From: Actinomycetota bacterium
Lineage (GTDB): Bacteria > Actinomycetota > Thermoleophilia > Gaiellales > Gaiellaceae
Length of the DNA stretch: 42,651 nt
NCBI GenBank assembly: GCA_046730515.1
Contig: JBKPJA010000007.1
Span: 1-42,651 of the forward strand
Reading direction: 5' to 3'
Shown here: piece after piece, positions 10,301 through 18,447 of the stretch
Position numbering within the stretch: position 1 is the stretch's first letter
How the letters are laid out: each line of letters begins with the position of its first letter
Position numbers and translations under genes: made by a program
Notes under the pieces: generated by a model
Told to the model about the DNA's origin: nothing
The model's database searches: none
Seen by the model: only the letters and a program-made list of their open reading frames with translations

Positions 10301-10450
10301 GATCTCCTGCGGAGAGACACGGCCGAGTTCATGGCCCTCGTTGAACATGCAGTCGCGGCCGAAGCGGCGCGCACACGTGACAGGCGCAAGTGGGCTGTAC
10401 CGATCGAGCGGCTCGATCTTGAGAAAGGTGTCCCGACGGCTCGGCTCCAC
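7388..10450 (-). CDS. fusion protein: multicopper oxidase (with inserted blue-copper-like loop) + Met-rich linker + galactose/glyoxal-oxidase-like copper radical oxidase with DUF1929-type C-terminal domain
   Basis: A single open frame carries both modules. MCO ligand motifs: FHVHG, FHDH, HNFHPH, HCHIEEHMMRGL. CRO ligand motifs: FFCAGQ, RWYPT, LYHS, ATTHSVDTEQR, plus repeated GDGR/DGR Kelch-like blades. I propose GTG 10450 as the start, preceded by AGGAGA; ATG 10348 is an alternative. The ORF-track extension to 10816 overlaps the LLM gene and was rejected. Confidence 0.8.
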   Translation of the reverse strand: MEPSRRDTFLKIEPLDRYSPLAPVTCARRFGRDCMFNEGHELGRVSPQEIAAATVNAIVYREYLDPDYTVPNTAKLVPADVNEPPWNRRVPGALLWTRPGERLHIHVLNGDPDACHSFHVHGVKYGIDSDGAWPFGVHAPDGRRSDEIRPGERWTYVFDATEETIGAWAFHDHSHNVAQMVNRGLFGGLIVRDPAAPCPDHEVPMFVHEMVGTGIECSFLSNTLTPGDTFQFPFGTDEGTCRYHCQIHGPTMWGEVQVSAGAPAPGPPPQIRAIDNQWKPQILQVPPGTTVTWRNDETEANHDHIVVSDGGGASTFCLNGRAFVGNTPTIVAQSRQHLRWFLFNLDLAGVWHNFHPHSARWRLPKPPGGAADVHGLSPVESFVTETEVPRALRLPCELEELQCDPPPDACRVRVKGDFLFHCHIEEHMMRGLAGLVRAHEWVWLTEDALKALPLTLPLDDGANECPVVDIYRCRPRKRPRDGGKPKQDGETMTMPSPHVMPAPPPPMGPMSGMGGMTATPLDLSEAATQGVWELLPCDSQVLAVHAALMHTGKILFFAGSGNDELYTTGLRSIVWDYEHGSFYQPFTPTDFFCAGQSFLADGRLFVAGGTKDYGFTGLPDGYFFDPASEDWIRVQDMAEGRWYPTLLTLGDGRILVTSGGPNRDEIYSSVTGWTRQQAGQGWPLYPHLTLLKNGRIFYSGAHLGGSGGLKPGILNLANPGAGLTGVTIPASFDLDHRDQGASVLLPPAQEQKVLILGGGDPAITAAHVIDLNAATKKYVATGSLHEARMHVNAVILPDRTVVATGGSGAGEDPTQAALYAETYHPGSGNWVLGAKATVPRLYHSVALLLPDARVITAGSNPHRRDDELRLELYHPPYLFKGPRPFIDEAPHHVAYGETIEIHTPQARDIRWAQLIRPMATTHSVDTEQRLVDLPIARRTFCRLEVRIPREPNIAPPGWYMLFITERHGVPSRATWVHLPPQPPERAQPEVKRPRRAERHVAARRLSVKPKGLKIRREPEE

Positions 10451-10453
10451 GAT

Positions 10454-10522
10454 GTCTCCTGACGATCGCAGCGACGGGTGACTATCCCAGGCTCGCCGCC
10501 AAAAGACAAGGAAGCAGGAGAC
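10454..10522 (-). promoter_or_regulatory. long-range anti-SD/SD stem in the LLM-oxidase intercistronic spacer
   Basis: On the minus-strand RNA, GUCUCCUG sits 2 nt after the LLM stop (plus coordinates 10515-10522). It is perfectly complementary to CAGGAGAC (10454-10461), which contains the SD of the GTG 10450 start. Confidence 0.4.
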
Positions 10523-10524
10523 TG

Positions 10525-11316
10525 CTAGCGAGGCGGACCGGCGGCTACCAGCCGAAGCATCTCGTCGAGCGGACCGCGGCGGTCGTGCAGGCTTTCGAGC
10601 CACCAGGTCGCTCCCGCGCGCTCGAACTCGCGCGGCAGGATGCGGTCCTGATAACCGATCACGGCGACGTCGAAGTCGCTGCGGCCGATCGTCTCGATCG
10701 CACGTGCCACGTCGTCCCCGGACAACGTCATTCCGGTGGGATCCGAGCTGTCCGCGCACCAACCGTCCCAGCGCGCCGCTCGTCGCAACGAAGGCAGGCG
10801 GTTGCCGCCGATCCAAATCGGCAGCGGCTGCTGAACGGGCGCGGGCGCGAGCCTTACGCCGTCGACGGTGTAGTGCTTGCCGCGATGCTCGACGACCTCT
10901 CCGGACCAGAGCGCACGTAGGACTTCGAGCCCCTCGTCGAGCATCTGCGCGCGCATTCTCGGGTCATCCGACTCGCCGAACTTCGAAAACTCGGAAGCCA
11001 CCCCGCCGAGCCCGGCTCCGAACACGACACGGCCGCCGCTGATTACGTCCAGCGTCGCGACCTGATGCGCCAGCACGTGTGGGCGGCGCCGCGGGACAGG
11101 CGTGACCGCCGTGCCGATGCGAATGCGTTTTGTCGCACAGGCAACGGCGGTCAAGGTCACCCACGGATCCGCAGCGGGGGGTCCCCAGACGAAACCCAAG
11201 TGATCCCAGGTGAAGAACCCGTCCCAGCTGTTCTCCTCGGCTGCGCGCGCGACGCGCACCGCGGCGTTGGTATCGGAATACGTGCCGATGTTCGCGAGAC
11301 AGATCCCGTAGCGCAC
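10525..11316 (-). CDS. LLM-class (luciferase-like) flavin/F420-dependent oxidoreductase
   Basis: 263-aa ORF with a GTG start. It shows luciferase-like monooxygenase family features (MRYGICLAN.., WDGFFTWDHL, FGAGLGG). The cofactor cannot be decided by eye. Confidence 0.8.
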   Translation of the reverse strand: MRYGICLANIGTYSDTNAAVRVARAAEENSWDGFFTWDHLGFVWGPPAADPWVTLTAVACATKRIRIGTAVTPVPRRRPHVLAHQVATLDVISGGRVVFGAGLGGVASEFSKFGESDDPRMRAQMLDEGLEVLRALWSGEVVEHRGKHYTVDGVRLAPAPVQQPLPIWIGGNRLPSLRRAARWDGWCADSSDPTGMTLSGDDVARAIETIGRSDFDVAVIGYQDRILPREFERAGATWWLESLHDRRGPLDEMLRLVAAGPPR

Positions 11317-11340
11317 ATGCGGAGACTAGAGTCCTGCGCC

Positions 11341-13071
11341 GTGGGGTTCACGACGCGACCGGAGCTGCGCGGCACGTTCGGGATGGTCGCGTCGACGCAC
11401 TGGCTCGCGTCCGCGGCCGGGATGTCCGTGCTCGAGCGCGGAGGCAACGCGTTCGACGCGGCAGTCGCCGCGGGATTCACGCTGCAGGTCGTCGAGCCGC
11501 ACCTGAACGGGCCCGGCGGCGATCTCCCCGTCGTTCTCTACAGCGCGCGCGACGAAGAGGTGCACGTCATCTGCGCACAGGGCACGGCGCCGGCCGCCGC
11601 GACCATCGAGCACTTCCGCGCGCTCGGCCTCGACCTCATTCCCGGCACCGGTCACCTCCCCGCGGTCGTTCCCGGCGCGTTCGACGGCTGGCTCCTGCTG
11701 TTGCGCGAATTCGGCACCTGGCGGCTCGCGGAAGTCCTCGAATTCGCGATCGGCTATGCGGAGAACGGCTATCCACTGGTGCCGAGGATCAGCGCCGCGA
11801 TCGCACAGATGGGGGAGATATTCCGAACTGAGTGGACGACGTCGGCGGAGGTCTACCTGCGTGACGGTGTCCCGACGCCCGGAAAGCTCTTCCGCAACGC
11901 GGAGCTGGCAGCCATGTACAGGCGCATCGTCGAGGAGTCGCGCGGCGGGACGCGCGAACAGGAGCTCGAGCTCGCACGTGCGCTCTGGTACGACGGTTTC
12001 GTTGCGGAGGCGATCGATCGCTTCGCGCGTACCGAGGTGATCGACAGCACGAGCCGAAGGCACGCAGGGCTGCTCACCGCCGACGACATGGCCGCGTCGC
12101 ACGCAACGCTCGAACGGCCCCTGTCACTGGATTACCGCGGTCACACCGTGTTCAAGACCGGCCCGTGGGGTCAAGGCCCGGCCTTCTTGGAGCAACTTGC
12201 GCTTCTCGAGGGCTTCGACCTCGAGGCGATGGGACGTGAGAGCGCCGGCTTCGTCCATACCGTCGTCGAGTCCGCGAAGCTCGCATTTGCCGATCGCGAA
12301 GCGTGGTACGGCGATCCGGACTTCGTCGAGGTTCCACTCGACCTGCTCCTGAGCAAGGAGTACGCAGCCGAACGCCGCACGCTCCTCGAGGACACCGCCT
12401 CCACCGAGCTTCGTCCGGGAGGCGCGGACCCGCGTCTGCCGTCGCCGACGCGGGGCGAGGTCGCCGCAGGTGTGGGAGAGCCGACGCGGGCGGGCGACAC
12501 TTGTCACGTCGACGTCGTCGATCGCGACGGCAACCTCGTGGCTGCGACGCCGAGCGGCGGCTGGCTGCACAGCGCACCCGTCGTGCCCGGGCTCGGTTTC
12601 CCGCTCGGGACACGCGCCCAGACGTTCTGGCTCGAGGAGGGGTTGGCGAACTCCCTTGCACCGCGCAAGCGCCCTCGCACCACGTTGTCGCCTTCACTCG
12701 CTTTTCGCGGCGGCGATCCGTACTGTGCGTTCGGCACGCCCGGCGGCGACATGCAGGACCAGTGGTCGCTGCTCTTCTACCTCCAACACACCGACTTCGG
12801 CCTCGACCTGCAAGCTGCGATCGACGCACCGTCGTTCCACACGAATCACTTCGCGAGCTCGTTCTATCCGCGTGACGCGCATCCGGGTCAGCTGGAGATC
12901 GAGGGACGCTTCCCGAAGGCGACGATCGCCGAGTTGCGCGAACGCGGCCACGACGTCGTCGTCACGGACGACTGGTCGCTCGGACGCGTGAGTGCGACCG
13001 CGCGCGAAAACGGCCTTCTCAAGGCCGCCGCAAACCCGCGCGGTGTGCAGGGCTACGCAGTCGGCCGTTGA
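11341..13071 (+). CDS. gamma-glutamyltransferase family protein (Ntn hydrolase)
   Basis: Has the FTTRPELRGTFGMVASTHWLAS N-terminus typical of cytoplasmic GGT-like proteins, the autoprocessing region GDTCHVDVVDRDGN, and GTPGGDMQ. GTG 11341 was chosen as start; ATG 11317 is an alternative. Confidence 0.85.
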   Translation: MGFTTRPELRGTFGMVASTHWLASAAGMSVLERGGNAFDAAVAAGFTLQVVEPHLNGPGGDLPVVLYSARDEEVHVICAQGTAPAAATIEHFRALGLDLIPGTGHLPAVVPGAFDGWLLLLREFGTWRLAEVLEFAIGYAENGYPLVPRISAAIAQMGEIFRTEWTTSAEVYLRDGVPTPGKLFRNAELAAMYRRIVEESRGGTREQELELARALWYDGFVAEAIDRFARTEVIDSTSRRHAGLLTADDMAASHATLERPLSLDYRGHTVFKTGPWGQGPAFLEQLALLEGFDLEAMGRESAGFVHTVVESAKLAFADREAWYGDPDFVEVPLDLLLSKEYAAERRTLLEDTASTELRPGGADPRLPSPTRGEVAAGVGEPTRAGDTCHVDVVDRDGNLVAATPSGGWLHSAPVVPGLGFPLGTRAQTFWLEEGLANSLAPRKRPRTTLSPSLAFRGGDPYCAFGTPGGDMQDQWSLLFYLQHTDFGLDLQAAIDAPSFHTNHFASSFYPRDAHPGQLEIEGRFPKATIAELRERGHDVVVTDDWSLGRVSATARENGLLKAAANPRGVQGYAVGR

Positions 13072-13073
13072 CA

Positions 13074-14900
13074 ATGACGCGCCGTCAACGACGCGCGCTC
13101 GAAGCGATCTGCGAGACCTTCGTTCCCGGCGCGGCAGCGGCGGGAGGAGCAGACGTCCTCCTCGAGCTCACCCCGGCAGACGATCGCCGCGCGCTGATGG
13201 CGCTTCTCTCAGTCTGGGATCTCGGTGGGCGGTTCAGCCGGCGCTCGCCTGAGCGCCGCGAGCAGATCCTCCGCGCGTGGCGGGACAGTCCACTCGCGCT
13301 TCGCCGTCGCGTCTTTCACGGCCTGCGCCGCGGCAGTCTGATCCCGTACTACTCCCGAACCCCACCGAGTAATGGTCTGTTACAAGGCGGCGAACGGCGG
13401 ATCCGACCACTCCGCGTCGATCGCCACACGCAACTCGAGTGCGACGTGTGCGTGATCGGCTCGGGCGCCGGCGGCGGTGTCGCTGCGGCCGTCCTCGCGC
13501 GGGCCGGGCTCGACGTGGTCGTCCTGGAGGCGGGCGCGCACTACGAGGACGGCGACTTCCGCTTTTCCGAGCTGGACGCCTACCGCCGCCTCTACGTCGC
13601 GGCGGCAGCGCTGACGACGACGGAAGGAAGCGTCGGTCTGCTCGCAGGAGCGTGTCTCGGTGGCACGACGACGATCAACTACACGACGTCCTTCCGCACT
13701 CCCGAGGAGGTTCGCGCGGAATGGGGCGAGCCGTTCAGCTCACGCGACTTCGACGCGAGCCTCGACGCCGTGTGCGAGAGGCTCGGCGTCAACGAGGACG
13801 AAGGACGACCGTCGAAGCGCGACGAAGCGATGGGCCGCGGACTCGGGCGGCTCGGCTGGCACGTCGAGGCGATGCCGCGCAACACGCGCGGCTGTGAGCA
13901 AGGCGTCGTCTGCGGACGCTGCGGCTTCGGCTGTCCGTTCGGTGCCAAACAGTCGACGCTCGTGACGTGGCTCGCAGATGCTCAGGCCGCCGGCGCTCGT
14001 ATCCTCGCCTCGACGCGCGCAGACAGCATCGAATGCGTAAACGGCGCCGTCCGCGCCGTGCAGGCACAAACGAGTGACGGCTACACAGTGAACGTGCGCG
14101 CACGTGCAGTCGTCGTGTGCGGCGGTGCTCTGCAGACACCTGTCTTGCTGCGCGCATCCGGACTCGAGAACCCGAACATCGGCCGTCACCTCCACCTCCA
14201 CCCGACCACAGGCGTCTGCGGCATCTTCGACGAGGACATTCGGCCGTGGGAGGGGACGATGCAGGCGCTCTACTCCGACCAGCACCGCGATCTCGACGGC
14301 GCAGGCTACGGCCTCAAGTACGAGACTGCGCCCGTTCATCCGGGAGTGCTCGTCGCATTCGCGCCCTGGGAGAGCGCAGACGAGCACGCGGGGCTCATCG
14401 CCCAGCTTCCGCATCTGACCGGCATCGGGCTCCTCCTGCGCGACCGCAGCGAAGGCGAGGTGGTAACGGGTCGGGCCGGCGGCCCGCGTGTTCGGTACCG
14501 GCTCAAGGCGGCCGATATCAGCCACGTCCGCAAGGGCCTCGACGGCGCCGCGCAGATCCTCGAGGCGGCAGGCGCGCGGCGGATCTTCTCGTCGCACGCA
14601 CGCCTGGTCTCCTACGAGCCGGGCAAGGCCACGCGCGAGCAGTTTCTGCGCGACGCGGAAGCGGTCGGGTTCGGCCCCGGCCGCTGCACGTTCTACGCCT
14701 TCCACCCGATGGGCTCGGCGCGAATCGGTTCGTCCCCCGCAACCTCGGCGACGAAGCCGGACGGCGAGATCTGGGAAGCGCGCGGGCTCTACGTAATGGA
14801 CGGCTCCTCGTTCCCGAGCGCGAGCGGCGTCAACCCGATGGTTACGATCGAGGCGATCGCGCATCTGAACGCGACGCGGCTCGCGGCTAAGCTCGCCTGA
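13074..14900 (+). CDS. GMC family FAD-dependent oxidoreductase (long-chain alcohol oxidase-like)
   Basis: Has the FAD ADP-binding motif VIGSGAGGGV and the C-terminal GMC signature FHPMGSARIG. The N-terminal RRALEAICETFVPG resembles fatty-alcohol-oxidase-type proteins. The start lies 2 nt after the GGT stop codon. Confidence 0.85.
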   Translation: MTRRQRRALEAICETFVPGAAAAGGADVLLELTPADDRRALMALLSVWDLGGRFSRRSPERREQILRAWRDSPLALRRRVFHGLRRGSLIPYYSRTPPSNGLLQGGERRIRPLRVDRHTQLECDVCVIGSGAGGGVAAAVLARAGLDVVVLEAGAHYEDGDFRFSELDAYRRLYVAAAALTTTEGSVGLLAGACLGGTTTINYTTSFRTPEEVRAEWGEPFSSRDFDASLDAVCERLGVNEDEGRPSKRDEAMGRGLGRLGWHVEAMPRNTRGCEQGVVCGRCGFGCPFGAKQSTLVTWLADAQAAGARILASTRADSIECVNGAVRAVQAQTSDGYTVNVRARAVVVCGGALQTPVLLRASGLENPNIGRHLHLHPTTGVCGIFDEDIRPWEGTMQALYSDQHRDLDGAGYGLKYETAPVHPGVLVAFAPWESADEHAGLIAQLPHLTGIGLLLRDRSEGEVVTGRAGGPRVRYRLKAADISHVRKGLDGAAQILEAAGARRIFSSHARLVSYEPGKATREQFLRDAEAVGFGPGRCTFYAFHPMGSARIGSSPATSATKPDGEIWEARGLYVMDGSSFPSASGVNPMVTIEAIAHLNATRLAAKLA

Positions 14901-17308
14901 TGGACTCGCTGTACAAGCCGCAAGGCGTCGAGGAGCGCTGGCAAGGCATCTGGGAAAGCGAGGGCCTCTACAACGCCGAGGCCGACGACCCACGGCCGAA
15001 GTTCGCGATCGCGCATCCACCGCCGAACGTGACCGGTGATCTCCACCTCGGTCACGCACTCCAACTCTCGTTGGCGGACACAATCGTCCGTAAGCGGCGG
15101 ATGCAGGGGTACAACGTCCTCTTTCAGCCGGGCTTCGACCACGCAGGCATCTCGACACAGAACGCAGTGGAGAAGCACCTCGCGGAGCAGGGGAAGACGC
15201 GTCAGGACCTGGGCCGCGAGAAGTTCGAGGCGCTCGTCTGGGACTGGCTGCGCGAGTACGGCGGGAAGATCATGCTGCAGTTCCGCCGCATCGGCGCTTC
15301 GCTCGACTACCGGCGCGAACGGTTCACGATGGACGACGCGTACGTCCGCGCGGTCAATCGCTTCTTCGTTCATCTCTACGAGAAGGGGTGGATCTATCGC
15401 GCGAACCGGATCATCAACTGGTGCCCATTCCACCTCACGTCGCTCTCGGACCTCGAGCTACAGCACGTCGAGGTGGACGACGCGCTGACGTACGTGCTCT
15501 ATCCGTTCGCCGACGGCGGGGAAGGCGGCGTGACGATCGCGACCGCGCGCGTGCCGACGATCCTCGCCGACGTCGCGGTTGCGGTGAATCCGTCGGACGA
15601 ACGTTGGCGCAACGCTGTCGGACGCGAGGTCATCGTCCCCTGGGTCGAACGGCGCGTTCCGGTGATCACCGACGAGCGCGTCGAAATCGAGTTCGGAACC
15701 GGCGCGCTCAAGATCACACCGGGCCACGATGCCAAGGACTACGAGATCGGACGCGACCATGGCCTCCCTGAACTAACCGTCATCGGTCCCGACGGGCGGA
15801 TGAACGCACAGGCCGGTGAGCTCGCCGGGCTCACGCAGGAAGAGGCCGAAACCCGCATCCTCGACTGGCTGCGAGAGCGCGGCCAGCTCGAGAAGCGCGA
15901 GTCGTATCGCCACACGGTCGCCCTCTGCGACCGGTGCAAGTCGCGAATCGAGCCGCGGATCTCGCTGCAATGGTGGTGCGCGATGGACGGGCTGAAGCAG
16001 CCTGCGCTCGAAGCGCTGCGCAGCGGCCGCGTCCAGTACCACCCGGAATCGCAGCACCGCTTCGCGATCGCCTCGCTCGAGGAAGCGCCCGACTGGAACA
16101 TCTCGCGACAGATCTGGTGGGGGCACCAGCTGCCTCTGTGGGAGTGCCCGAACGGCCACGTCATCGTGCAGGAGGCAGAACCGGACGCGTGTGCGGAGTG
16201 CGGCTCGCGCGAATTGACTCGTAGCACGGACGTCCTCGACACGTGGTTCTCGTCCGCGCTCTGGCCGTTCGCCACGCTCGGCTGGCCCGACGACACGCCC
16301 GACCTGCGGACGTTCTATCCGGGCGATCTCAACACGACCGCGCGCGACATCATCCGGCTCTGGGAGAACAGGATGATCTTCAGCGGCCTCGAGCTGGTGG
16401 GGGACGTCCCGTTCACCGACGTCGTTATCCACTCACTCGTGCACGCGCCGAGCGGCGGGCGCATGTCGAAGAGCCTCGGCACGGGAATGAATCCGATGGA
16501 CAACATCGAGCAGCACGGTGCGGACGCACTGCGTTACGGCTTGATGAAGATGGCGTCGTTGCAGGACGTGACATTCTCCGAAGGCGCGATCGAGGAGGGG
16601 CGCAAGCTGGCGAACAAGCTCTGGAACGCGAGCCGGCTCCTCCTTCAGGCGGGAGTGACGGGCGTCGATGAGCGTCCGTCCGCGCTCGAAGAGCGATGGA
16701 TCCTCGCGCGGCTCTCACAATCGCAACGCGCGATCGAGTCGTACCTCGAGGAGTTCGACTTCTCGCATCTCGTCGACGAGCTGTACCACCTCACGTTCGA
16801 CGACTTCTGCGACTGGTACCTGGAGGCGATCAAACCGCGCATCTACGCCAGCGACGCCGACGCGCTCGCGACGGCTGCAGCCGCCCTCGAGCGATTGTTG
16901 AAGCTCCTGCACCCCGCGATGCCGCACGTGAGCGAGGAGATCTGGAGCAACCTGCCTGCGCGCGAGACGCGGTTGATCGTGGCTCCCTGGCCGCAGGCGG
17001 GGGACGACACGGAGGCGTCCGCTCTGCAAGAGGTGCAAGACGCGGCCGAGATCTTCCGCCGCAGCGGCGTGCGCGTCGCGCTCGATGGAGAGCAGGCGCG
17101 CATCTTCGAAGCGGTCGTCAAGCCCGAACGCCAGAAGGCCGACGGCAACGCCGCCGTCGAGATCGAGCGGCTGCGGAAAGAGATCGCGCGGGCGGAAGGC
17201 ATGCTCGCGAACGACCGCTTCGTCCAGAGCGCACCGCCGGAGGTGGTCGACGCGGAACGCGACAAGCTCGAACGGTATCGCCGTGAGCTCGACGCTCTCA
17301 CCAGTTAG
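14900..17308 (+). CDS. valS: valine--tRNA ligase
   Basis: Has the class I motifs PNVTGDLHLGHAL (HIGH) and RMSKS (KMSKS), plus the C-terminal coiled coil. The ATG shares 1 nt with the GMC stop codon (TGATG). Confidence 0.95.
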   Translation: MDSLYKPQGVEERWQGIWESEGLYNAEADDPRPKFAIAHPPPNVTGDLHLGHALQLSLADTIVRKRRMQGYNVLFQPGFDHAGISTQNAVEKHLAEQGKTRQDLGREKFEALVWDWLREYGGKIMLQFRRIGASLDYRRERFTMDDAYVRAVNRFFVHLYEKGWIYRANRIINWCPFHLTSLSDLELQHVEVDDALTYVLYPFADGGEGGVTIATARVPTILADVAVAVNPSDERWRNAVGREVIVPWVERRVPVITDERVEIEFGTGALKITPGHDAKDYEIGRDHGLPELTVIGPDGRMNAQAGELAGLTQEEAETRILDWLRERGQLEKRESYRHTVALCDRCKSRIEPRISLQWWCAMDGLKQPALEALRSGRVQYHPESQHRFAIASLEEAPDWNISRQIWWGHQLPLWECPNGHVIVQEAEPDACAECGSRELTRSTDVLDTWFSSALWPFATLGWPDDTPDLRTFYPGDLNTTARDIIRLWENRMIFSGLELVGDVPFTDVVIHSLVHAPSGGRMSKSLGTGMNPMDNIEQHGADALRYGLMKMASLQDVTFSEGAIEEGRKLANKLWNASRLLLQAGVTGVDERPSALEERWILARLSQSQRAIESYLEEFDFSHLVDELYHLTFDDFCDWYLEAIKPRIYASDADALATAAAALERLLKLLHPAMPHVSEEIWSNLPARETRLIVAPWPQAGDDTEASALQEVQDAAEIFRRSGVRVALDGEQARIFEAVVKPERQKADGNAAVEIERLRKEIARAEGMLANDRFVQSAPPEVVDAERDKLERYRRELDALTS

Positions 17309-18323
17309 CTGGCTTGAATCGCTGTCGCCGTGGCCCGAGGAGTTCGGGCTCGAGCGCATGCGCGAGTTGCTGCGCGATCTCGGCGAACCACAGCTCGCGT
17401 ACCCCTCGATCCACGTAGTGGGGACGAACGGCAAGTCCACTGCAACGCGCACGATCGCGGCACTGCTGCAGTCCGAAGGCCTGAACGTCGGCGCCTACAC
17501 GTCGCCCCACGTCTCGGGCTGGCACGAACGTCTCGACACCGATCCGGAGACGTTCGAGCACGCGGTCGAGCGAGTGCGTCCGTACGCAGAGGGAGCGACC
17601 CAGTTCGAGGTGCTGACGGCGGCGGCGCTGACGGAGTTCCGCGAGCGCGCCGTCGACGTGGCCGTCGTCGAGGCGGGTCTCGGCGGACGCTACGACGCCA
17701 CGAACGTGATCGACGCGCAGATCGTCCTGCTGACGAACGTCGGCCTCGACCACACCGAGGTGCTCGGCGGCACGCGCGAGGCGATTGCCGGCGAGAAGCT
17801 CGCCGTCGTCAAGCCGGGCGCGACGCTCGTCCTCGGCGAGCCCGAATGGACACGTCTGGGGTCAGACGCCGGCCGTGTCCTGAACGGCGGTGCCCGCAAG
17901 GCCGCCGAAAGCTTCGTCGGCCGTACGATCGGCTGGGAGATCGAGATCCACCTCCCCGGCCGGCTCGAGTGGCGCGGCCCCAACGAACTCTGGGACGGCG
18001 CGCACAACCCGGAGGGCCTCGACTGGCAGGCACTTCACCTCCCGCAGCGAGACTGGGTCGTCGTCGCGTCCATCCTCCGCGACAAGGACCTCGACGCGAT
18101 GCTCGACCGCCTCGCCCGAGCCGGCCGGACGCTGATCGCCACCAGCTCGTCCAATCCGCGGGCGGTCGGCGAGAAGGAACTCGCGGAGCACGCCGAACCG
18201 TACTTCGAGCGTGTCGAAATCGATCCAGATCCTCGCGAGGCTCTCCGTCGCGGCCGTGTCCTCGGCCCCGTTCTCGTCACGGGCAGTCTGTACCTCCTTG
18301 CCGATCTCTGGCGAGAGGGCTAG
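17283..18323 (+). CDS. folC: bifunctional folylpolyglutamate synthase / dihydrofolate synthase
   Basis: Has the Mur-ligase P-loop VVGTNGKST. SWLESL...FGLERM matches the conserved FolC N-terminus, so I prefer in-frame GTG 17283 (26-nt overlap with valS) over ATG 17358. The start remains uncertain. Confidence 0.8.
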   Translation: MSSTLSPVSWLESLSPWPEEFGLERMRELLRDLGEPQLAYPSIHVVGTNGKSTATRTIAALLQSEGLNVGAYTSPHVSGWHERLDTDPETFEHAVERVRPYAEGATQFEVLTAAALTEFRERAVDVAVVEAGLGGRYDATNVIDAQIVLLTNVGLDHTEVLGGTREAIAGEKLAVVKPGATLVLGEPEWTRLGSDAGRVLNGGARKAAESFVGRTIGWEIEIHLPGRLEWRGPNELWDGAHNPEGLDWQALHLPQRDWVVVASILRDKDLDAMLDRLARAGRTLIATSSSNPRAVGEKELAEHAEPYFERVEIDPDPREALRRGRVLGPVLVTGSLYLLADLWREG

Positions 18324-18333
18324 AACCCGTCCG

Positions 18334-18447
18334 ATGGCCGCAGTCGGTGAACGGATCAGCGTCTTCGCGTTCGCGGCCTTTATCGTCGCGGCGATTATCG
18401 GGCTAGCCTTTGCGGCCGGATACCTGATCGGAAGGATCTTCCTGTGA
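18334..18447 (+). CDS. hypothetical 37-aa single-TM protein
   Basis: MAAVGERISVFAFAAFIVAAIIGLAFAAGYLIGRIFL. It occupies the folC-ndk position where actinobacteria usually carry a small membrane protein. Its stop overlaps the next start (GTGA). No SD. Confidence 0.35.
   Translation: MAAVGERISVFAFAAFIVAAIIGLAFAAGYLIGRIFL

Noticed and set aside
10451-10816. N-terminal 122-codon extension of the big oxidase ORF (ORF track 7388..10816).
   Set aside because: It overlaps the 3' part of the well-supported LLM gene (10525..11316) in another frame and is Arg-rich nonsense. The first canonical start downstream of the LLM stop codon is GTG 10450, which has an AGGAGA SD.
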